Assembly (NCBI RefSeq): GCF_036321535.1
Contig: NC_087437.1
Location: 3,286,001 to 3,350,000 of the forward strand
Reading direction: 5' to 3'
From: Camelus dromedarius
Taxonomy: Eukaryota
DNA length: 64,000 nucleotides
The notes beneath the pieces are model-generated. The model ran no database searches and was not told the DNA's origin. It worked only from the letters and a program-made list of their open reading frames with translations. This document shows positions 25,205 to 36,796 of the stretch, in pieces. Position 1 is the stretch's first letter. Each line of letters opens with the position of its first letter. Position numbers and translations under genes: made by a program.

Positions 25205-25556
25205 GGGGTTATGCTGACCTATTTTCATTCATTCTGAGCATGAGAATCTTGGCTATAAAAGCCAAGTATTGCCCATCTAGCCCAGGAGTTCGTTTGTAAC
25301 AGTCCAGCAAGGGCTCTAAAATTAACTGGATTAGGGGCAAGTAATCCACTTCACAGTCTGGAGTGAAAGCTGTAGACATTTCACTATATATAGTTAATCT
25401 GAACAAACACAAACATGACAACAGTAAGATTTCTATTCATTCCCAGCTCCTTTTCACTAAATGTTGTTAAAAATCCTTGGTTAATGTGCTGTAGAGAACC
25501 AGCTCTATTCTGTTCACACCTGGACTGCCTTTAATCTTTCATTCATGCTTTTACAT
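25205..25556 (+). pseudogene. Dynein pseudo-exon, AAA6 module
   Basis: LFSFILSM (cf. PLIFILSP), VRL*QSSKG (cf. KLQSISLGQG), SILFTPGLPLIFHSCF (cf. LLFALCFFHAVV). Confidence 0.5.
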
Positions 25557-25589
25557 GTATTATTTACACATATTTTTTAACCAAATCTT

Positions 25590-25900
25590 TTTTTGTTTTA
25601 AATTTATTTTTTAATTGAAGTATAGTCAGTTTACAATGTTGTGTCAATTTCTGGTGTACAGCATCATGTTTCAGTCATACATATACATACATATATTCCT
25701 TTTCATATTCTTTTTTATTATAGGTTACTGCAAGATATTGAATATAGTTCCCTGTGCTATGCAGTAGAAGCTTGCTGTTTATCTATTTTATGTATAGTAG
25801 TTAGTATCTGCAAATGTCAAACTCCCAGTTTATCCCTATCCCCTTAGCTCCCTGGTAACCATAAGTTTGTTTTCTATGTCTGTGAGTCTGTCTCTGTAAA
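25590..25900 (-). mobile_element. L1 3' UTR fragment
   Basis: TTAATTGAAGTATAGTCAGTTTACAATGTTGTGTCAATTTCTGGTGTACAGC... Confidence 0.88.
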
Positions 25901-27889
25901 ACTGAATTCTTAGTGGTTTAGTAAAACAGAAGTTTATTTCTCGGTCAAGGAAAAATCTAACAGGCTGTCCCTAGACATTCTCCGTATGGTAGTTCAGGGA
26001 TCCAGACCCCATCCACCTCGTAGCCCCACCACCTTCCAAAGCCTTCAAGTCCTTCACTTCAACCAGTGGGTGGGGAAAGAGTGGAGAAAAGGCATCCCCC
26101 TGTAAACCACGTCAGCCGGGAAATGTGGCCCATCCAGCACTGCACTGCACTGCACTGGACAGCTCCTCACTCTGCCACACAACCTTTCAGCAAGTAGCTG
26201 TCAAGCGCCTGAGTGCACAGAGCTCTGTGTTAGCTGTTGGGAATAAAATGGTAAACGAGACAAGAGTGGTTGCTTCTCCTGGACCTGACTTACAGTTCAT
26301 GGGGGAGATAGAAATGAATCAGGTAATCATGATCTCGATCATTACTTGAGAACATAATCCCACAAGTGCAGGGAAGGAAAAATATGGGGAGAGAAGAACG
26401 TTTAAAGCGAGCTAGATCCAGTTGAATACCTGAGGAAAGGGTCTTTAAGCTGACACCCTGAAATTTAAGCAGAGTTCTCTAGAAGAAAGTTGGAGAGAAA
26501 AAACATTCCAGGCAGAGTAAACAGTGTGTGCCAAGACCCTGGTAGAGAAAGGAGTACGAGAAAGAAAGCCTGAGCATGAGAGGGGACATGGAGGGGGTGG
26601 GGTGGGGGGACAGAACGAGGATTGAGACGTGGGCAAAGACCTTCGGGCATGATGACTTTGTTTTTTAATTGAAGTATAGTCAGTTACAGTGTGTCAGTTA
26701 CAATGTGTCAGTTTCTGGTGCACAGCATCATGTCCCAGTCATACACAGACATACGTGAGGAGGACTTTACTCTCCTTCATAGTTCTGGTGATTCTTGCTG
26801 TGTGTGGATCGTATGCCCTCTGGTCACAGATGGGTCTGTGAAGGGTGTTCCTACTAGGGACCGTGCCCCTGATCTCAGGCCTCCATTCTTGTGACGCTGC
26901 CGGGGTGTCCTTTCTCTTGAAGCCAGTTGGTTTCCCTGAAAGTCATCTTCCTCCGCATCTTGGTCTGTGTGTCTCCATCCCGTCGGGCGTGACCCACATG
27001 TGCTGCGGGCTCTCAGACTTCAGTCTACACAGTACTTGCTGAGATTCCTTCTACCCTGCAGACTCGTCACCTCCCATCGCTCCAGTTTCAGTGCATCCGT
27101 CCTCCAAAACTCAGCTCCTCAACTCAGCCCCACTGCAGCTCCTCCCCTGGCTTTCCTCAGACTCCCATCTGGGTCCGATGCCGTCCACTCTGACCCCACG
27201 CCGGAAGCCCCTCCAGCACGGCGCTTGCTCAGTTGTATGCTGGTGTCTTTGGACTGATTTTCTCTGCTAGATTTGAACATTTTAAGGGAAAGGACTGTTT
27301 TCTTTTCATCTTCATACCTCCAGTGCCTTGCCATCAAAGACAACATTTATTGAATGAGTGAAAAAAAAAAAACCTATTTCTCAAACTTCTTTTCACAAGA
27401 CATTAATCTCATGACAAATTTTACCTGTATGCAAATACACACCCAAGTTCCTGGACCAAACAAGCTGGAAAGTACTGTGTATTATGCCCTAATCTGGAAA
27501 ATTATTCACAAAGCACATTAGCAGGACCTGGGCTAGGGAAAGGCAGAAGGAGTTTGGGTGCAAGATTTAAGGAAGTACTTACTCCAGCTTCATGTAAGTG
27601 ACAGTCGTGCACTTGTGGTGCCCTAAGAACAAGTACTTCCTTAAATTTTGTGCCCTTGACGGTTATTTGTCCCACCCTAAAAATATGCCCTGCACATTGG
27701 CATTTCAAAGTCTGCAGTGGAGAAAACTGTTTAACTTTATCTCAGAGTAACCCAAACTTATTTGAGGACTCAGCCCTTTTTAATTTTTTATTAAAATCTT
27801 ATTAACCTCTCATAAAACTGGTGCTCTGTGAAATGAACTTTTAAAATGCTTTGCTACTCTATGGATTAATACATTTTGATTTCTGCTCT

Positions 27890-28380
27890 TCAAAATGATA
27901 ACCCTGGTGTGGAGAATGGAATTTAGATGGAAAGTTGGGTCAATTTATCAAAAACCACTGGAGATACATTGACTGTTGTGATAGCCAGAAAAAAAGATCT
28001 AATTAGTTCCAACTACTTTTGCTGGCTTTTACAGTATTTATTGATGAGTCTGTTTCTCGGAGGACCATTCCCATCCGTGAATGGATTGGTTTACACTTCC
28101 AGGTAGAAAAGTTCTGTGTTGTCTCCCCAGAGACAAATAAAGCTATTGGTCTGTCAGGTGATAGAAGTGGGATGAGAAGAAAGGTTCAATTACTCGGGTA
28201 ATAACCCTGAGAAGATTGGTCGGTGGCCCTGCCTAACACTGTCAGAATCTCAGCTTTCTGCTTGTCCATCTTACAAATGTGTGTCTGACTCCATCCAGAT
28301 GCAGAGAGTAAGACATCTTCCCGGATGACTCACAGAACCAGGTCCTCCCATCTCTCAGGAGAGCATTCTCCTTAGAGGTC
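27890..28380 (+). pseudogene. Dynein pseudo-exon, AAA6 lid
   Basis: ITLVWRMEFRW (cf. GPLGWNIPYEF), CWLLQYLLMSLFLGGPF (cf. PWEALRYLIGEIxYGGRV), PSYKCVSDSIQ...HLP (cf. SYEDYLEYIESLP). Confidence 0.65.
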
Positions 28381-30009
28381 TGTCTGTGCTAATTATCATT
28401 TAGAAGAGGAGAAATGAGTCTTCTTGGCAAGGCAAGTTCACCAGCAGCAGTTTTAGGCTCACAACTTAGTACAGTCGTTGGGATTTCTTGTATCTTCCTA
28501 GAACCCCCAGACTCTTTCCCTCACCCTCGTTGATCAGAAGTGGATCAGGCTACATAGAAAGGTGGAGTGACAGAGGGACCCCCATCACAAGGAATGGAAT
28601 GAAATTTCAAAAACAAACAAAAACAAAAAGAAGTAGTAGTATTGGATGACCCTCAGCTTGGTTTCCAGGGCAGCTGGAGTCAGTCTACACAACAGTTCCT
28701 GGATGAGGACTCAGGTCCAGACCAGGGTCAGACGTGATGTCTGCCCACAAGAGGCACGAAGGAGAGGGTCCCTGAAGTCTGAGCACCCAGGGCCCCATTG
28801 TGCCCAGAGGATAAGCTAGATGCCCAGGCACCCAAAGAAACACTGTGAACACTGGCGCGGAGCTGGGGCCACCGAGTGCTGGTGATGGGGCAGGAGTGTC
28901 CTGGACAGTCGTTTGTCATCTGACTGGAACGCCTGAGTTTATTAGGGTTGTCCAGCTTAAACACTCAGAATTGGCTTAGGCATGGCAGCAATGGAGCTGT
29001 TCTCCTACAAGGTCCTATTGTATAGCACAGGGAACTATATTCAATATCATATAATGACATATAATGAAAAAGACTATGTGTATGTATATGGATGACTGAA
29101 ACTCTAAGCTGTACACCAGAATTGACACAACATCGAACACTGACTATACTTCAATAAAAAAATAATATTAAAAAAAAATTTTCCACAAGTCATTTTATGT
29201 GATTGGTGAGGAATGGCTCATTTCTCCATGTTCTTAGGATCTGTTTTGGTCCCTCGTCCTAAAACCTCCAAGTCTTGAACACCCAGGATGTTCCACAGAC
29301 AGTAATTAAATGAGAGAAGCAAGTAAATGAACTTATGTCAGAAACGCACAGCAATTGAGTTGCCTGGCTGTGCCAAGACTTCCTCCTGGCTGGCAGTGAG
29401 TCCTGCGTTGCCAGCTTGTGGTTTCCAGACTGATTAAGCCATACAAATGGATGCATCTGTTCTTTTCTGGTCTTGGAGCACGTTCCCCACCTCAGGGACC
29501 ACGGGAGGTTGCCTCCAGGCATCATATGATAGCAATCAATAAACCAGCACAGCAGGGCTCATTTAGAAAGAGAGACGCAGGCATTTTTCTGGAAGAAACA
29601 ATGATTACCTGTCATGGGTCCAGAGAACCATGGTTCTTATTAGAGATCAGGAGTGTGGGACTCCACATTTGACGTGGCCAAATACTAACCTGTCCCTTGA
29701 CCCTCCGACCTGTCCCTTCCTGTGAGTCCCACTAAGGTGAGTGGTGCCCTGAGTCACCCACGCCAGGAGCTCAGGCTTATGTTAGGCTCTCCTTCTCCTT
29801 CCTCTCCCTCAACCCCAACATCTCCTTAGAGATTGAGGCCTTTGGCTGCCACTTCTTTAATACCTCTGTAATTTTCCCCATGTCATGGGTTTTCTTCTGG
29901 CCCTTGTTCAACTTCAGTCCCCACCCATTTTATTCATTCTTCACCTGGCAGCCTCCATGATCTCCCTACATCTGATTATGTCATTCCCTGTTTAAAATAG
30001 TTTACGTGG

Positions 30010-30527
30010 AAGCAGCCCAAGTGTCCACTGACAGATGACTGGATAAAGAAGATGTGGTATATTTATACAAAGTAATACTACTCAGCCATAAAAATAAAAA
30101 ATGTCATTTGTAGCAACATGGATGGACTTGGAGATCATCATTCTATGTCAGACAGAGAAAGACAAATACCATATGATATCACTTAAATGTGAGATCTAAA
30201 AAAAAGTGACACAAATGAACTTATTTATAAAACAGAGACAGACTTATAGATATGGAAAACAAACCCGTGGTTACCAAAGGGGGAAGTGAGAGGGAAGGAA
30301 TAAATTGGGAGTTTGGGATTTGCAGACATACACTACTATATATAAAATAGATAAACAACAGGGTCCTACTGTATAGCGCAGGGAACTATATTTAATACCC
30401 TTGAAAAAGCCTGTAATGACAAAGAATATGAAAAGAAATACACTTGTATGTATAAGTGAATCACTGTGCTGTACACCAGAAACTAGCACAGCATTGTAAA
30501 TCAACTATACTTCAATTTAAAAAAATA
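30010..30527 (+). mobile_element. 5'-truncated L1
   Basis: ORF2 end, 3' UTR and polyA; TSD-like AATAGTTTACGT / AGTAGTTTACAT. Confidence 0.88.
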
Positions 30528-31619
30528 AGTAGTTTACATCTCTAACTTGCCTGTAGAGACTCAATCTGACTGAGGCGTTCTGTAGAACACTGAGATCTGA
30601 TACATGCCGAGGTGGACTGACTTCATGGAAACAGTGAAATAGCTTCCTGTCTCATCTGTCATGTAATCAGTGCCCAGAGAGGTACAGAAAACACAGCAGA
30701 TAATTAATATTCATTCAATAATGAGTAAGTAGACAATATGCTGTACGGGGAAGCTGGGCTCTCCCCCATGAGGCCAAGGTTCCAACCCCAACTTTACCAC
30801 TTTCTAGCCAAGTGACTTCAGGAAAGTTACCTCATGTCCCTGGGCTTCAGTTTCTTTCAAACTATTGTTCTCAGCACCTGCCTAGTAGGTCTGTTGTGAG
30901 GCTTAAATGAGCTGTCCTTCCAGGACTTCGCCCCAGAGCACCTGGCACACAGAAGTAGCTCAAACTCGAGCTGTATGAAAAACAGATAAATCGACGGAAC
31001 AGAAGATATGAGTCATGTTTGTTTTCACCGCCGGACTGTAAGCTTCTAGTAGTCAGAGACCGACTCAGCTGTCTTGCCCCTTTGTTGTTCGTTGTATGTG
31101 CTATACCTAGTTTCCTGACATGTGGGAGGGAGTCAAGGAAGGTTTCATAATGAAGGAAATAAAGCCATTGAATAGAAGAAATAAAACCCACAGTCACCTT
31201 CTCTGCCTCCTGTTTGTAAAGGATATCAGACTCTTCCAGAATAGGTCTCACAAGACATGCAGGGACGGAGATACAGAAAAGAGGCCGGGGGACCAGAGAA
31301 AGAGAGACTCATCTCGTCTGAGCTCCTCAGGGATAGCAGTGCCAAATCACATGTAAGGAACGGTAAGAAAATGAGTGTCTGTGTGTATGTATGACTGAAG
31401 CATGATGCTGGACACCAGAAATGACACAACATTGTAAACGGACTATACTTTAATAAAAAGAATACAAAAGAAACAGTGCCCCACTGCACTGTCTTGTACT
31501 GTTAAATATCTTCCCTGAGCAGGGGTTGTACCCACATTTGCAATTCACCTGAGGAAGTTTCCCGAGCTCAGCCACTCATCAGTCCCCTGATCGCATGTCA
31601 GCTTCTCAGGTAGCTGTAA

Positions 31620-32520
31620 CACCTGTCATTTGGAAGAAGAGCGGTACAGATCCAGCCAACGCAGAGCAACTCTGGTCATGAAGATGGAGCACTTGCCCAA
31701 AGCTTGAGGCATCTGTCCCCGTCAGAGCCGCCTCTCCACTCTGACCCCACAACCGTGGGACTTTCAGTCTTCCTAAGGCAAGCCAGGTGTAACATTAAAA
31801 AGGTTTGGATGAGAGCATTTCGGAACCCCTGAGGCTTATCTGAACTAACCAAGCCTCCCAAAGCCAGACATTTCCATCAAAAGCTTCCAGGAGTGAAACG
31901 CTTCACTGTGGAGTGTCCCTGGGTGAGGGTGCCATCAGAAGAGGAGAGGTGTGTGAACTGGCCAGATAAAGCTCACATACATCACCCTTCCTCCCAGGGA
32001 ACTCTCAGTCCACCTCTCACAAGCACAATCTTTTAGGATTTTGTTGGCCTGCTCAGGGCGGTACTGCACTGAATGATCATTCAGGAGCCAGGATGGCCCT
32101 TGAATGCTATTTTCTGTCTGTGGTCAGATTTCTTACTGAATTGAAGAGCACAGTGTGTAAGCCAGAAGATAATTTTAATTATTGCCGCCATAGTCACCAA
32201 CCACGGACTTCTGGATTTTCTGTCCAGTGTTTCTCAGTGTTTCCAGAGACCACATGCAGACAAACTGGTGACTTGCTTGCTTTCAAGTCGTATTCTTGGG
32301 ACCCTCCCCCAGAAAACTAAACCAGAATCTCTGCAGGTAAGGCCTGTCTGTGTCAATGTCATAACCACCAAACAAGCAAGTATGTATTTGGTATTCTTTT
32401 CATAGATGTTTACAATTCCGTGTAAACCACTACACCAATTTTGTGTTAAGGGTTGTCATTGAATTTTAACAAAAAAGAAGTCATTCCGAGTACTAAACTA
32501 TGGATGAAGTTCTCCCAAAT
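31620..32520 (+). pseudogene. Dynein pseudo-exons, C-terminal domain
   Basis: HLPKA* (cf. KVPxxW), KKVWMRAFRNP*GL (cf. PKVFWLSGFFNPQGF), PAQGGTALNDHSGAR (cf. PEDGVYIHGLFLEGAR), LTELK (cf. LAESK), HRCLQFRVNHYTNFVLRV (cf. YECPVYK...GHSTNFVIAV). Confidence 0.7.
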
Positions 32521-33540
32521 TCCTAATCATAGATGTCCTGAAATATAATTGTACATATATTACCCAAAACTCCTTAGAATGGTGGAACATTGCCTGATTT
32601 CCCAAAAGCTGCAGTTGGAAGACTGGGCTAGACTAAGTGATGTGAGAAGACAGTTTGGTTCCTACGTTGCTGATTCTGTTAGCACCTAATTTTGATGGTC
32701 TCCATTTAAACTTCTACCTTTAAATGAGCCCAGCAAGACCCTGCCAGGATTAATCATTCTGGGCAATTTTCGAGTGCTTATTATCAAAGAGAACATTAAA
32801 AATGTATATAAGTATATTCTTCCCTAGGAGAGGTCAGACATCCATAAATTAGTTGGTTATTAAAAAAAAGAAAAAAAGAATAAAGGGGAAAAAAATCCTG
32901 CCATTGAGAAGGCTCCTGGCATGAGTATGTAATGAAGCATTGTGGTTTAATGAAAAGGGCCCTGGATGTGGAAAAGCAAAGCCAGGTTCACAGCCTGTGT
33001 CAACTCTTGCTACCTCTGTGCTTGGGAATAAGCCACCTTCAGCTGCTTTATTGAATTTTAGGATCATTATCTGTGAAAACGGACCCTCCATCTCATGATG
33101 CTCTTGTGAGAATCACCAGGAGAAAGTGAACCACTGACTTCTATTCATCCAAGGGGGTAGAAAGATACCTAAGAAAGGAAAATAAAGGGAGTAGTGTTCC
33201 ATTCATCAGGCATTAAGTTAATTAAGAATTTTATTACTTTGATCATCTCAGACTTTGAAACAGAAAGTTGGAAAAGGAATAAAGATGCAATGCCATGTAA
33301 CTAGGGAATTCTGGATGTGGATGGGACCCCAGAGAGCATTCCCCCTCCAGTTCTCATTCCCCAGACACCCATTTTGCAGTGAGGGAAGCTGAGGCACGGA
33401 GAACTGAGAAGCGCTCCTGAAGCCTCACAATGCTGTCTGCAGAGCAGGGGCTAGAACTCGGGTCACCTGCTCCCAGGCCCTCCCCCTGTGTCTACAGTCA
33501 CTAAATGTGGCCATGATCCCCCGTGTGCAAGTCTTTTCCT

Positions 33541-33663
33541 TTAGCTCAGTGGTAGAGTGTGTTCTTAGCATGCACGAGGTCCTGGGTTCAATCCCCAGCA
33601 CCTCTGTTAAAGAATAAATAAATAAGCAAACCTAGTTACCTCCTCCCCTCACCAAAAAAAAAA
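33541..33663 (+). mobile_element. tRNA-derived Vic-1-like SINE (5' end clipped)
   Basis: TAGCTCAGTGGTAGAG...GGTTCAATCCCC...AAACCTAGTTACC and polyA. Confidence 0.85.
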
Positions 33664-33665
33664 CT

Positions 33666-36660
33666 TTTTTAAATACTTAACATGAGATCCACCCTCTTGA
33701 CAGATTGTGCAGTGCACGACACCACGTTGTTAACTTGAGCACAGTGTTGCACACAGGGCTCTAGGACTTGCTTATCTTGTGTAACTAAAACCTACCTGTT
33801 TCCCCCACCCTCAGCACTTGACAACCTCCACTGTATTCTCTGCCTCTATGACCTCATCAAAGTGGAATCGGGTGATAGTTGTCCTTCTGTGACTGGCTTA
33901 TTTCAGTTACCATCGTGTCCATCCATATCACAAATGGCAAGATTTTCTTCCTTTTAAGGCTAAATCATATTCTATTGTATGTCTACGCCACACTTTCTTT
34001 AGTCCTGCACTTGGACTGGTTTCATAGCTTGGCTATTGTGACTCATGCTGCTGAAGTTAACATGGGAATAAGATACCTCCTCGAGATCCTGACTTCAGTT
34101 CTCTAGATAAATACCCAAAAATGAGATTGCTGGATCATATGGTCATTCTATCTTTAAGTTTTTGAGGAACCACTGTACTGTTTTCCGTAACTGCTGCACT
34201 GTTCTACATATCCACCAATGGTGTACAGGGGCTCCAATTTCTCCATATCTTTGCCAACAACTGTTATCTTTTGTGTTTTTTTAACAATGTCATTCTAACA
34301 GATAGGAGGTGATATCTCATTGTAGTTTTGATTTCCATTTCCTGATAACTAATGATATTGAGCATCTTTTCGTATACCCATCGGCCATTTGTATATCTTT
34401 TTTGTAGAAATGTCTGTTCAGGTCCTTTGACCCTTTTTTAATCAGGTTATTTAGGTGGGTTGTTATGGAGTTGTAGGATTTCTTTACATATTTTGGAAAT
34501 TAATCCCTTGTCAGATATACAGTTTGCAAATATTTTCTCGCATTCCATAGGATGCCTCTTCATTTTATGGATGGTTTCCTCTGCTGTGTGGGAGCTTTTA
34601 TTATAGCTCCTGTAGGAGGTTGATGTAGTCCCACTTGACTATTTTTGCTTTTGTGGGTTGTGCTTTTGGTATCATATCCAAGAACCATTGCCAAGACCAA
34701 TGTCAAGAGTATTTCCCCTGTGTTTTCTTCTAGGAGTTTTACAGGTTCAGGTCATATGTTTAAGTCTGATCCAGTTTGAGTGGATTTTTGTGTATGGCGT
34801 ACAGGATCCAATTTCTTTTTCTATTCTTTTTTTTTTCGCATGTGGATATTCAGTTTTCCCAGCATCATTTTTTGGAGAGACTTACCTTTTCGCCATTGTG
34901 TATTCTTGACACCTTTGTTAAGATCAGTTAACCACATATGCATCGCTACTTTGGGGCTGTCTATCCTGCTCCATTGGCCTATAGATCTGTCTTTAAGTGA
35001 GTACCATGGTACATTTTGATCTGTCTTTTTGTGATTACTTTTATAATGCATTTTGAGATCAGGAAGTCTTTAGCTTTGTTCTCTTTCTCAAGACTGCTTT
35101 TGTAATTCGACATTGACAAAAATTCAACCCCCTTTCATGATAAAAATGCTCAACGAACTAGGTAGAGAAGGGATGACCTCAACATAATAAAGGCCATACA
35201 TGACAAGCCCACAGCCAATATCTTAGTGGTGAAAAATTTAAAGCTTTTTCTCTAAGAGTAGGAAGAAGACAAGAATGCCCACTCTCCTTGCTTCTTTTTA
35301 ACACAGTACTGAAAGTCCTAACCAGAGCAATTAGGCCAGAAAAAGAAACCCAAATAAGAAAGGAAGAAGTAAAATTATTTCTGTTTTGAGATTATATAAT
35401 CCTATTTGTAGAAAACCTTATAGACTCCACAAAAAAAAAAAACTGTCAAAATAACAAATGAATTCAGTAAAGTTGCAGGATACAAGATTAACATGTAAAA
35501 GTCAGTTGTGTTTCTGCACTAATAATAATCCATCCAAAAAAGAAATTAAGAAAACAATCCCAAATGGATCAAGATGTGGTATGTGTATGTATGTACGTAT
35601 GTATATATATATGTATATATATATATATATATACACACACAATAAAATATTATTCAGTTGTGAGAAAGGAGGACATCCTGACATTTGCTACAATATGGAT
35701 GTGCCTTGAGGGCATTATGCTAGGTGAGATAAATCAGAAAGAGAATGACAAATATGTGGAATCTTAAAAAGCCAAAATAGAAGCAGAGAGTGGAATGGTG
35801 ATTACCAGAGTTTGGGGAGGAGGAGAGGACTGGGGAGATGTTGGTCAAAAGGTACAAACTTGCAGTGGAAGATGAGTATGTTCTGGAGATCTGATGCACA
35901 GCATTGTGATTATAGTCAACAGTATTGTGTTATCTACTTCAAAGCTGGTAAGAGACTAGTCCTTAAATGCTGTCACCACATGAGAGAAATGACGGTTCTG
36001 TGACCTGATGGAGGTGTTAGCTAAGGCTACTGTGGTAAGCATATTACAATATGTAAATGTGTTAAGTCAGTACGTTGTACACCTTAAACTTACAAAATAT
36101 TATATGTCAATTGTATCTCAACAAAAAACAAAAAAAAATCACATTTGTAATAGCATCAAAAAGGACAAAAGATTTAGGAGTAAACTTAGCTACAGAGGTG
36201 AAAGACTAAGCGCTGAAACCTACAAAGCTCTGATGAAGGAAAGTAACAGAGACACATAGAGACGGAAAGACATCCCATGTTTATGGATTGGCAGACTTAA
36301 TATTGTTAAAAATACCTGGGGGGAGGGTATAGCTCAAGTGGTAGAGCTCATGCTTAGCATGCACGAGGTCCTGGGTTCAATCCCCAGTGCCTCTTCCAAA
36401 AATAAATAAAATAAATAAAACTTATTACCCCCACAAAAAAGTAAAAAAATATTGTGAAAATGAATATATGTATATTAATGTATGACTGAAGCGGTGTGCT
36501 GTACACCAGAAATTGACACAACATTGTAAACCGACTAAACCTCAATTAAAAAAAATATCCATAGTACCCTCAAGATTTGGTGTGATCTCCATGAATATCC
36601 CAATGGCATTTTTTACAGAAATAGAAAAAAAAATCCTAAATTCATGGATCCACAAAATCC
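33666..36660 (-). mobile_element. 5'-inverted (twin-primed) L1 with nested insertions
   Basis: Antisense arm 33666-35108 (3' UTR to ORF2) abuts a sense ORF2 arm 35110-36660 whose end is contiguous in L1 coordinates with the start of the antisense arm. Contains a nested L1 3' end (35563-36137) and SINE-L1 (36318-36555). Confidence 0.82.
36318..36555 (+). mobile_element. Vic-1-like SINE fused to about 100 bp of L1 3' end, inserted in older L1 ORF2
   Basis: SINE 36318-36450 followed by an L1 terminal fragment 36451-36555. Flanked by AAAAATACC / AAAAATATCC, with host ORF2 sequence resuming afterwards. Confidence 0.8.
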
Positions 36661-36796
36661 TTACTTTAAGGTCAGCTGATTCTAAACTGATTAATCATGT
36701 CTATAAAATACTTTTGTTGCAACAACTAGATAAATGTTTGATTAAATACTTGGGGACATTAACCTACCAAGTTGACACATAAAACTGACCATCGCA
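36661..36796 (-). mobile_element. MLT2 (ERVL) LTR 5' fragment
   Basis: Reverse complement begins TGCGATGGTCAGTTTTATGTGTCAACTTGG, matching the MLT2 start. Confidence 0.75.

Larger units (their letters stand above)
448..32520 (+). pseudogene. Decayed, intron-containing dynein heavy chain pseudogene (linker to C-terminus; tail presumably upstream of the window) nested in a CPNE4 intron
   Basis: About 20 + strand segments resemble dynein heavy chain motifs and occur in the canonical order linker, AAA1, AAA2, AAA4, stalk, AAA5, AAA6, C-terminal domain. Several have residual splice sites and nearly all have stops or frameshifts. Aligned by eye to remembered consensus; boundaries approximate. Confidence 0.85.

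Noticed and set aside
448..32520. Functional dynein gene or processed pseudogene
   Set aside because: Nearly every segment has stops or frameshifts and one is split by L1, so it is not functional. Segments are separated by intron-like spacers with residual splice sites, so it is not a retrocopy.
36318..36400. tRNA genes (also at 8212, 33541, 39077, 45396, 48644)
   Set aside because: Each tRNA-like head is followed by a SINE body and A-rich tail, often with TSDs. These are SINEs.
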